DNA of 34,260 bases from Alloascoidea hylecoeti (lineage: Eukaryota). Below are positions 25,044-34,260 of the stretch, piece by piece. The notes below the pieces were generated by a model. It did not search any database and was not told the DNA's origin. It saw only the letters and a program-made list of their open reading frames with translations. The stretch lies in the NCBI GenBank assembly GCA_001600815.1, contig BCKZ01000009.1, positions 708,194 through 742,453 on the forward strand, in the 5' to 3' direction. The stretch's first letter is position 1, and the number at the start of each line of letters is the position of its first letter. The translations under genes were made by a program, and so were the position numbers.

Positions 25044-27052
25044 TTTGAACATCATATGACTAGGTAGTATATAGAGAAAGCTAAATAGATTATCGCTACA
25101 TATAAAAAATGAATAAAGTAATGAACTCGTTAATATGTCTAGACAAGATGTCTAGAAGTAAAGAAAATATGGGAATGCCCATTACACCAAACAGGTGTGG
25201 ACAAAAATGTCCATTGTTGTAGGAGAAAATGGACATTTTGGTCCATATCGTCAATCATCGGTCTGAGAAGTCCCAATCTTGATTGCTAAAACATCCGGAA
25301 CATCTTAGTGGAAACCTCCGGAGTATGCTTACACTGTGTTACACACTTAATTTCGGCCATCTCATAACTTATCCATTTAAAATATGACTTAATATTTACT
25401 CCACAGAATGTCCGAAATTAAGTGGATTGGAAAAATAGATTGTAATTCATGTAAACCAACATCAATCTCAATTCCCAGCTAATATTTACTCCCAGTTCTA
25501 CAAAACCAAAATGTCACATCAATGGTACAAAGACATTTTTAGATTTTATTAATCACTTCGATGTCTAGACTCTAGATGTAGACATTAGAAAATCGCTTCA
25601 AAGGCGAACACCTTTTTTTAGAGGCCACCAAAATCCTAATCTTTTGAATAAAATAGAATGACTTCTAAAACTCAGTGAAACAATATTTCAGGTACTATAT
25701 AGTGATTCTAAAAAACATTTAAAAAACTGAGGATTCAGGGTTTATAAGTTTTGTCGCATGTACTAGAATTTGGAATGGTGGTAGTTGTACTTCACTGTAT
25801 AGAGCGGTTATGGGTCATAATACTCCATTTCTGGTCCCATTTATAACGTTAATGGTGCTAACACTAAATACTATACCTAAGTCATCTCATAAGTTATAAT
25901 CTGATATAATCTCTCGAATTCACAGAACATGATGGACTATTTTAAGAACAACTTAAGTACCCACTACTCAGTAATCGGTTATAATAATTTTGCCATTTTA
26001 AATTTTACTTGGAGTGGTAAGTTTAATGTTGAGGCAATTGTAAACAGTAACAATCCTTTCTTTTTTAATGGGTCGAAGGTGTATTTATTTTCCTCCTTCA
26101 TTATAAAATATGATAAAGTTCTAAGTGCTTGTTTGTTCCAGTTACGCTAAAAAACCAATCGACTTCTTGTGAACTGTTCTAAGAGTGGTACTATCCAACA
26201 AAATATATCCTTAAATATTGGCAATGTTTAATTTTTTTTTCATTTAACGTTAACAGTTACAAATGTCTTGAGCTTCAGAATTATATAATATTCAATCTCT
26301 ACCCCAAGACAAACATAGATTCATACCTTTCAATTATTATGATAATTAAATGTATAACAACAATTGTTAGAATTTATAATAATAAAGATTTAGAGTAAAT
26401 TAATAAAGCAAAAATTTTAGAATCCTTAAGCTTTATTTTCCGTAATGACCAATATTTGGTAGATCTGGAAGTTATTTGATACAATATTTGAAACAAAACA
26501 ATGAAAAAAAACAAACAATGAAATAAAACTAAATGAAAAAAAAAACGTTTATTGGTAAGAATAGTGATCAGATATCAGTCACGATCATGAAGAGATCTAA
26601 AGAAATCTAAAAGAGAATTTTAATTGTTTTAGATATGATCATGCATATGATATTTCATGATAATAGTGATGAATTTGATACATCTAACTTATAGTTGACA
26701 AATTACCTTATAATTAAAGAAAATAAAATTATAAAATCTAGACAATGCAACTCTTAATATCCTGTATCCTTTTCTTACACTTTTAAATTTTTGTTAGGTT
26801 TTCTTTTTTTTTTTTTAACTTTTCATATATTTTCCAATTAAATTATATAACTAGAAAAAACTATGTAAATTCTAAGGAAATCTCTACTATATATAGTGAA
26901 ATAAAAACCTCTCTTTCTATTCTTCTTATTTTTGTGTATTCTTGCCAATCTTCTTTCTTCTCTTTTTTCAGAAACAGTCACAGAAACAGAAGGCTGACAC
27001 AAACAGCAACAAAAAGTGTAAGGTTGTAACCCTTTGTGGTGTAACTGAACAT

Positions 27053-27347
27053 GGCTCTGTTTCAATCCGCGCTTCCCCGTGTACAAAAGAACGAACTGTA
27101 AAAAGTTCGTTAGAAAACACTAGAAAACGGGTGGGAAATTCGGTGGTACTTCTCCAAAAAATTATTAGTTCTTGAGAACAGGATTATTCTGTGGAAACGG
27201 ACTGCGATGCCATTAGAAATCTAAAACTTTTCAAAAGTTTATGGGAAGGGTATTGCTGGGGATTGGGTCCTACAGGGACTTGTTTAGTGCAATGCGCGGA
27301 CTAAGGTGGAAATCTTAGCACTCGATACCGATCAATGGGACAGAGCC
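27053..27347 (+). ncRNA. RPR1: Nuclear RNase P RNA
   Basis: Conserved regions in order: GGTGGGAAATTCGGTGG, CTTGAGA, TGTGGAAAC, AGTGCAAT, ACTCGATACCGAT. P1 pairs GGCTCTGTTTC with GGGACAGAGCC; P2 pairs TCCGCGC with GCGCGGA. T-tracts follow. Confidence 0.93.
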
Positions 27348-27363
27348 TTTTCTTTTTCTTTTT
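27348..27363 (+). terminator. Pol III terminator T-tracts after RPR1
   Basis: TTTTCTTTTTCTTTTT directly after the P1 3' strand. Confidence 0.7.
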
Positions 27364-27384
27364 GTGATGTGTTGCAGAGGTATT

Positions 27385-27398
27385 GAGTTCGAATCTTG
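27385..27398 (+). promoter_or_regulatory. Pol III B-box-like element downstream of RPR1
   Basis: GAGTTCGAATCTTG contains the GTTCGAATC core. Confidence 0.55.
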
Positions 27399-28321
27399 CG
27401 GTGCGCGTTAACTTTTGATTCTTTTGATTTTGGAATTTTATTGATAAAACCATCCACCACCCAATCGAACAAAGTTACTTCCACATCACATAATTAAATG
27501 CTTCCAAATTTAAGAAGAATATTTGCATCGTTTCGTACAGAAGAAGAAGAAAGAGAATATTCTAGAAAAGCAGTAAGTATAATCAATTCTATAATCAATT
27601 TATTAATATTTAAAATTAACTTTTTGAAGTTCTTTAACCTTCTTGGATTTCTCGGTTCATGTGTCCTCTTTTCATTAATTTCACAAAAATTGACATTTCC
27701 CCATGATGCACACGTTGCAATGATTAAAGCATTAAAGAAATAATAAATATTATTAATCGGGTCAGAATTATAGAAAAGTGGTAAACTAGTTTTATAGTTA
27801 TAGGGATAAATGTTGATCAATTGTAAATTGAATAGATTTAAAGATAAATAGTTATCAACATTCCAATAACAAGTTTTGAGTATTTTATTATACTGTAACT
27901 AGTTATAATTATTATTCACAATTATAGTTTGTTACGAGATCATGATTGATTCACGATAATAAGGATGTATTAATAATATATTGTGTATATAATTTATATA
28001 TTTTTGATTTGAAATTGATGGGATAGGGAGGAGAGTTGTTAGATGCGAAATTAAATAAAATATAAACATATACTTTTTTTTTATATATATAATTGTAAAT
28101 TATAAATTGAGAGGGAGCAAAAAAAAGCTCAAAAATGAAACAAAAACAATAATGGTAATAACGTAAGGATTGACATGTCTAAATAAAAATAAATATATAT
28201 AAAAATAAAGTGAAAATAAAATATAGGTGAAATTTAAAAAATAAGCAAAATAGAACGTAGAACTTTAAAAATTAAAAATTAAAAAATTAGAAAATTAATT
28301 CATGAACATTACAATTCAAAA

Positions 28322-29689
28322 TTATAGGAAAAGAACAGATAAACCTGCAATAACACTAAAACCTGCAAATAAAACACTATTCCCATTTGAATTCATAACA
28401 GCACCACCAGTAGAAGTAGCAGTTGCTGAAGCACCACTTGTACCAGAAGCAGAAGAACCACTTCCAGATCCTTGAGTTTTAACAACAACAATTAAAGTTG
28501 TATCTTCACCACTTCCGGATCCTTTAATAACTGAAGTCTTTGTGGCTTCTTTTGTTGTTGCAGCATTACTTGTTGTTTCTCTAACAATTACTAAAGTTGT
28601 TAAATCTTCACCAGTTCCTAAAACTGAAGTTTTTGTTGTTTTACCGACTGTTGCTTCATCAGAAGATTTATGTTTTGTTGTTGTTTCAGTAACTTTTGAA
28701 CCATTTGTTGTTTTAACGACAACAACGGTTGTTTCTTCTTCATCAGAACTAGATTTTGATTTTGTTGCAGCAGTTGTAATTGTAGAAGAAATAACAGAAC
28801 CATTTGTTGTTTTAACGACAACAACGGTTGTTTCTTCTTCATCAGAACTTGATTTTGTGGCAGTAGCTGCAGAAGTAATTGTAGAAGAAATAACAGAACC
28901 ATTTGTTGTTTTAACGACAACAACGGTTGTTTCTTCTTCATCAGAACTAGTTTTTGTGGCAGCGGCAGAGGTAATGGTTGAAGAAATAACAGAACCGTCA
29001 GAGGTTGTAACGACAACAACGGTGGTAGCTTCATCAGAGGCAGAATTTGTGCTTGTAGCAGCGGCAGAAATGGTACTAGTGGAGGAAGAAACTGAACCGT
29101 CTGATTGTGTAACGACAACAACGGTAGTAGAATCACCAGAAGAAGAAGTTTCAGCGTTTGAAGCGGATTCGGTATTTGTAACACCTCTATCACCATTGGT
29201 AGTTGCTTCTTCGGAAACTTGGGTGGTAGCGGCGGTAGTAACCTGGGTGGTAGCTGCTTCGGTGGTAGTAGCTTCAGTGGTGGTCTGGGTAGTTGCAACG
29301 GTGGTAGCTTCAGTAGTGGCGGTAGTAGCCTGAGTAGTAGCTTCGGTGGTAGCCTGGGTGGTAGCCTGGGTGGTAGCAACAGAAGTAGTTTCAACGGCAG
29401 TAGCAGTGTTTGTTGCAACAGAAGTAGCCGCACCTTCGGCAGTTGTAGGATTGACATAAATGGTGGAAGTGGCAGCAGCACCACCACCATAAATAAGGGT
29501 AGGGACGATAGTTGTAGAAGTATAGGTGGTAATGGCGCCATTGTTGGAAGAGATCAAGAGATTGATGTAAGTGAGGTAATCAGTCGAGATGGCCAAACCA
29601 ATGTAGGAGGTGTAAGTGACGACCACAGCGTTAACGGAAGAAGCCAAAAGGGCGGCGACCGCGAGGGAAGAAGAACGAGAGAGTTTCAT
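28322..29689 (-). CDS. Secreted GPI-anchored Ser/Thr-rich cell-wall protein or adhesin-like protein
   Basis: Signal peptide MKLSRSSSLAVAALLASSVNA, Thr/Ser-rich body with repeats, C-terminal hydrophobic GPI signal, TATATAAA at 29754-29761. Confidence 0.9.
   Translation of the reverse strand: MKLSRSSSLAVAALLASSVNAVVVTYTSYIGLAISTDYLTYINLLISSNNGAITTYTSTTIVPTLIYGGGAAATSTIYVNPTTAEGAATSVATNTATAVETTSVATTQATTQATTEATTQATTATTEATTVATTQTTTEATTTEAATTQVTTAATTQVSEEATTNGDRGVTNTESASNAETSSSGDSTTVVVVTQSDGSVSSSTSTISAAATSTNSASDEATTVVVVTTSDGSVISSTITSAAATKTSSDEEETTVVVVKTTNGSVISSTITSAATATKSSSDEEETTVVVVKTTNGSVISSTITTAATKSKSSSDEEETTVVVVKTTNGSKVTETTTKHKSSDEATVGKTTKTSVLGTGEDLTTLVIVRETTSNAATTKEATKTSVIKGSGSGEDTTLIVVVKTQGSGSGSSASGTSGASATATSTGGAVMNSNGNSVLFAGFSVIAGLSVLFL
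28690..29140 (-). repeat. About 99-bp coding tandem repeat (SSDEEETTVVVVKTTNGSVISSTITSAATATKS), about 5 units
   Basis: Identical anchors at 28702, 28801 and 28900, plus two more diverged units upstream. Confidence 0.9.
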
Positions 29690-30530
29690 TGTCTAAAGAA
29701 GTGGAGAGGAACTGAATTGATGAAGAGAAGAACGAAGGAAGGGAGTTGGGGGATTTATATAGTTTTATATAGAAATAGAACAGGAACGCAATTGGTAGCA
29801 AGTTGGTAGCTATGCAGATCGCATAGTCGTATTTGGTAGTAAATATTATTGAGAGCCGTTTGACATTTCGAGCTGCCAGCCACGAGCCCTGTGGGTGATG
29901 CGTGCGACAGCCAGGACAACAGCAGTCAGCCAGCCTTTTCTCTGGCAGGGCTGGGTGCTTCTATTATTAAAATATGGACATTGGATACAACATATGACCA
30001 CATGCATCTCCAACTATTTAAATACAAATTTACATTGCATCATTGCTGATTTGACAAAGATCACTGTTTCTCGTGGGCCCATTCCAGCACGTTATCCCTC
30101 CTGGGCCGCGGCGTCGCATCTCACCTTCAGCGGAGGGTGTGTCGGTGCGATGCCAATTGTCAGGATATGGTAGAATATATAGATGGATGGTCGATTCGAG
30201 CTCGAATCCTGATATGCGTGGAATATGCAAGTAATTTAATATCCAATGTCTATGCATATTGCATATTTCACATCCATAGCCAACAACCTCTTTTAAATTT
30301 ATCCAATTACAACATTTATTGCTTTTCGTAACGGTGGAAGCCTGTCGTCACCTCTAGTTCGTAGAGTGTTCTGCTCTGTTTGTCTGTCACTAATGTCAAG
30401 TATATACCAACAAATACACAACTATTTTGTATGCCTGTGTGTCGTATGCTTAAAACTATTAAAGATCTAGATATAGAACGTGTGCGCATTCTATCCTATA
30501 ATCAGCCATCTCCTAATCATTAATTAATAA

Positions 30531-31360
30531 CTACTTTGGAATTTTAACCTCCAAAATTACAATGTCCAAAGTTTGCTATATTTTCGAATTCATTATTAAT
30601 TAAAATCTTCCATTTTTACCTTAATTTAATTAAAATATGCTTACCTTTAATTGTTTTCCAATTAAATTACATGAATTATCACCGTCAAACACAAATAATT
30701 AAATTAAAAACTTACTTTTCCCTTTCTTTCATTATATATTTTATTTAATTTTATTTGCTTAACTTTTATCAATAATCTTTGTTATTTCTTTCTTCTTTTG
30801 AAATTAATTCATCTCCTCGTTATTATTATTATTAAATGTTTTAAGTTTTGCGTTTAGAATTTTATTTTTTCTTGTTCGTTGTTGGTGATGATGATAAGAG
30901 TTCACATTGTTGTATAATATTTAATTAATATAATATAATATTAACAATATAATAAATTAAAATGATAACATTTGGATATACTTACTTGTTTTGAGTTCAC
31001 CAAAAGATAAAGAAATTTCTTTTTCTCTTTCTTTTAATTTCTCAATTTTATCATTTAATTCTTCAACAGAAGGACAGCCATCTAAATTATCTGGCTAAAA
31101 ACCTTAAATTTTATTAATAATATGATACCTGTGTAGCAATATAAAACGTTTGTTTACCATAAGTTTTCCTGCTGAGTGTAATGATTCTAAAACTTTAACA
31201 AATGTTGCTTTATTTATTGTATTATGAAGATTTATAATTATGTCGGAAACTGAATATGAACGATTTTGTTTTTTTAAATAATCAAAGATTGTATTTTTGA
31301 AATATTAGTATGCATATTCATTTCTAAGTATTTATGTATAACTTCAGAAATATCTAATTT
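30531..31360 (-). pseudogene. HOP2: HOP2 pseudogene (copy 2), no transposon insertion
   Basis: IFDYLKKQNRSYSVSDIIINLHNTINKATFVKVLESLHSAGK/TYGKQTFYIATQ resembles Hop2 (DYL..QNRPYS..DI..NLH...TFGK). It carries a frameshifting deletion and has lost most of the penultimate exon. Confidence 0.85.
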
Positions 31361-31394
31361 TTAATTTTTACACATACATGTATGATAATGATTA

Positions 31395-31666
31395 ACAAAA
31401 TAAAGATTTTTGACATCTCAGAAAATATTGAAATGAGACTTTTTAGTGATTTTACAGTAATTGAGCAAAAAAAATGCATCTCCTCATTTAGCAAGAATAT
31501 CACAGAGAAATCCTTTATCAGTTGATGATTTGATCAGTTATAAATACTATGCTCATGAATCCGGTCAAAAGGTTAATGCTTATGTTCTGGATACTGGTTT
31601 CAATTTTGATAATCCGGAATTTGAAGGAAGAGGTCATTTTGGTGCTGATTTCACTGGTGATGGACC
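31395..31666 (+). pseudogene. Subtilisin-like (S8, proteinase K/Prb1-type) protease fragment, cut by an assembly gap
   Basis: NASPHLARISQR...YKY....GQKVNAYVLDTG...PEFEGR..FGADF (catalytic Asp motif). A +1 frameshift lies in the A8 run near 31467, and no N-terminus is seen. Confidence 0.8.
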
Positions 31667-31766
31667 NNNNNNNNNNNNNNNNNNNNNNNNNNNNNNNNNN
31701 NNNNNNNNNNNNNNNNNNNNNNNNNNNNNNNNNNNNNNNNNNNNNNNNNNNNNNNNNNNNNNNNNN
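31667..31766. other. Assembly gap (100 N)
   Basis: Run of N. Confidence 1.
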
Positions 31767-32368
31767 AAGCGAAAGCTTTGATTCAAAATGATTCAAAACA
31801 ACCACAACAATGGTCGAATCCCATCGGTGACTTTGAAAAAATATCAACGAATGGATATTATCAAGATATAAAAGTAGATTTCGAAATGAGAGCAAAAGTA
31901 TTGATACAAAATGAACCAAAACAACCACACAAATGGTCGACTCCCATAACTTGTAAGATACAAATTACCCATGGTGTTATGAATGGTCTTCAAAATGAAA
32001 GTTATATTTCAATATTTCCAGTTTCAGCTTCAAATTCGCTTAATATTTCCAGCAACGAAGCATTAATAACCCATACAATTCAGCCAGAATATAAATTGAA
32101 AGACTCATTTTCTGATTATTTTAAGTTACCTGAGTCTTTAAATCTAGATGAAGAATATGTGTATCAAAGATACACGATTACTAGAACTAGAGATATTAGC
32201 AGAGCTATTTATCTAGAAAATTGTGAACTTTTGTCGATAGAAATTGGTTTAATTTTTGGAACAGAAGAGAACAAAAAGTTGTTTGAATTAAATTTCAGAA
32301 AAGGTCAACTTTACAATGAAAATCAACGTAGAGGTAAAATGTATGAAGATTGGATTTTTTTATCTTAA
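31767..32368 (+). CDS. Divergent RanBP1-like family protein (copy C), 5' end lost in the gap
   Basis: Open frame nearly identical to copy A, without copy A's deletion and C-terminal frameshift. Confidence 0.7.
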
Positions 32369-32472
32369 GGGTGAGCTGTATTCATGTAAAACTTAACCTC
32401 TAGCTATATTTAGTTTTATGTATGAAGATGTTATTTAAATTCAAGTCTACGCGATTATATGCATTCTGACTG

Positions 32473-32660
32473 TGATGGTCAAAAGTTTCATATTTGTATT
32501 ATAAATGGGTGGTATATTTATCAGCAAAACTTTCTTCTGACCTGCGCGGGTCTTATATATAAAATTTTAGTACACGTTTTATGTTATATACAGATATTCG
32601 CGGAGGTCAGAAAGTTTGTTAAGATAAAAAGTCAAAAAATAAATTTTCTGACCAATATCA
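32473..32660. repeat. Imperfect fold-back, MITE-like element
   Basis: AAACTTTCTTCTGACCTGCGCG versus CGCGGAGGTCAGAAAGTTT. Outer arms TGATGGTCAAAAG and TTTTCTGACCAATATCA. Confidence 0.5.
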
Positions 32661-32997
32661 AATAAGCACTTACATCCGGTATGTAGTACACTACTTGATT
32701 TTTTCATCTATGTCATATCACAAATTGCTTCTCTAAAAATATCTTCAGACGCAAATATTTTCAAATAGGCGACAAGTTAAAAAGAATGAAATATCAGTAT
32801 TAGGGTAATCCTTTTTCTTATAAATAGCGTATAGTTTCTACTTTTAATATATATAAACCATCCAATATATTTTACATTTTACTTTCCATTACTGACATGA
32901 AACATTTCCTAGAAGATATCTCGAGATTAAACTATATAAAACTAAATCTACCTAGAGGTAAATGTTACATGATCATGAGTACAACTCAGCCGCAGGA

Positions 32998-33621
32998 TCA
33001 AAAAAAACAATTTTGATATCTCGTATCCCTACGCTGATCTTCATTGTAAAGTTGTCCTTTTTTAAAATTTAATTCAAACAACTTTTTGTTCTCTTCTGTT
33101 TCAAAAACAAAACCAAATTTTACTGACAAAAGTTGATCACGATTTTCTAGATAAAATGTTCTGCGAATGTCTGTAGTTCTAGTAATCGTGTATCTTTGAT
33201 ACACATATTCTTCATCTAGATTTAAAGAGTCATGTAAATTAAAATCTTCAGAAGATGAGTCTTTTAATTTATATTCAGGCTGAATTGTGTGGAGAGCTAA
33301 TGATTTGTAATCGGCATTAGTGTAGACTAACCTCGAAGCTGGAACTGAAAATATTTCAAGATAACTTTCACGTTCAAAAGTAGTTGGGTGGATACCATGG
33401 TAAAATTCTACCTTACAAACTGTGGGGTTCGACCATTTTTGTGGCTGTTTTGGATCATTCTGAATCAAAATNTTTGCTCTCATTGTGAAAACTAGTTCTT
33501 GATTTTTATAATATGCCCCTTCCAAATTGCCATCTGTGGGTATATTATAATTAGGTTCTAGTGAAGTTCGTTCGGCCTTCTTATCTTGATCAATTATCGA
33601 AATCAAATGCTTTTTGTCCAT
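32998..33621 (-). CDS. Divergent RanBP1-like family protein, short form (copy D, 207 aa)
   Basis: Complete ORF MDKKHLIS...ELVFTMRAXIL..KW...ALHTIQPEYKLK...YVY...TTDI...KFGFVFETEENKKLFELNFKKGQ. One N at 33472. Confidence 0.72.
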   Translation of the reverse strand: MDKKHLISIIDQDKKAERTSLEPNYNIPTDGNLEGAYYKNQELVFTMRAXILIQNDPKQPQKWSNPTVCKVEFYHGIHPTTFERESYLEIFSVPASRLVYTNADYKSLALHTIQPEYKLKDSSSEDFNLHDSLNLDEEYVYQRYTITRTTDIRRTFYLENRDQLLSVKFGFVFETEENKKLFELNFKKGQLYNEDQRRDTRYQNCFF

Positions 33622-33985
33622 GATAAAATTATTATAGTATTGATTTCTGGGGATAATGGTAAAGAAAAAGAGCTCAAGTGAAAAAAATAATCATAATTAA
33701 TATATTCATATGCATAATATCAAAAAGGTATAGGAAACGGTGTTGAAACTTTAACGTCAAATAACACTGCATAATTATAACAATTCCATGTAAGATAGCA
33801 ATCTTGAACTTCTCACTGATATCCCAATACATCAATTGCATGTTTATAATTATATTTTTAGTAAGTACTAGTAGTTATTGCTTTATAGGTGGTCGTAGAC
33901 TATAGCTGTGTGATACAGTAATTATGTTGTTGTGCTAAATATTATAGGTATCGATCTTATATAATCAGACATATATTTTTAATTA

Positions 33986-34260
33986 TCATTTTAAATTTGG
34001 AATTTTAACCTCCAACATTACAATTTCTAAAGTTTCCTATATTTCCATTTTCATTATTAATTTTTATTTTTCATTATTCCCTTAAATTTAATTAATTAAA
34101 ATATGCTTACCTTTAATTGTTTTGGATTTGGTGCACTTTCTTCAACTGCTCCCCAAAAGTTTTTAAACTATATCCCAATCATTTAAATTTTGATTAGTTC
34201 ATAAATTATCACCATCAAAAAAAAAAATAAAAAATAATTAAATTGAAAACTTACTGTTTT
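33986..34260 (-). CDS. HOP2: HOP2 3' exons (copy 3; visible exons intact, gene continues beyond the window)
   Basis: Exon 34167-34111 (FKNFWGAVEESAPNPKQLK) and exon 34036-33986 (ETLEIVMLEVKIPNLK*) have canonical GTAAG/AG sites. The next donor is at 34254. Confidence 0.6.

Noticed and set aside
25800..26220. Possible pseudogene or TE remnant
   Set aside because: Only short frames, with no recognisable motif.
26838..27175. ORFs of 82 and 77 aa
   Set aside because: They overlap the RNase P RNA gene and show no protein features.
27370..27410. Possible tRNA gene at GTTCGAATC
   Set aside because: No adjacent D-arm or acceptor stem; kept only as a B-box-like element.
27494..27820. Overlapping 108-aa and 81-aa ORFs
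   Set aside because: Low-complexity AT-rich frames with no recognisable homology.
28542..29809. Long ORFs 28542-29333 (+), 28618-29541 (-) and 29219-29809 (+)
   Set aside because: Shadow frames of the repetitive Thr/Ser-rich cell-wall gene.
29895..30331. Small ORFs upstream of the cell-wall gene
   Set aside because: Probably chance frames in a GC-richer promoter region.

Overview
This is an AT-rich, intron-containing fungal window, most likely an early-diverging budding yeast (GTATGT/GTAAGT donors, CTAAY branch points close to the AG). A conserved core at about 8.0-29.7 kb holds VPS13 (with a 9-nt micro-exon), a spliced PCI/SAC3-like gene, TRP5, CWH41 (glucosidase I), the RNase P RNA gene RPR1 and a GPI-anchored Ser/Thr-rich cell-wall gene. 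Both flanks are duplicated, gene-fragment-rich DNA. They contain four copies of an unrecognised ORF family that looks like a highly diverged Ran-binding (RanBP1/Yrb1) domain, one with three PPxY motifs. They also contain three copies of the meiotic gene HOP2 (two decayed), two of them directly upstream of a RanBD-like ORF. A TA-flanked pogo/Fot1 transposon with long TIRs sits inside one HOP2 copy. Pseudogene fragments of SUR2, a METTL25-like methyltransferase, MTD1 and a subtilisin are also present. All family assignments come from motif recognition by eye and recalled reference sequences; no searches were run.
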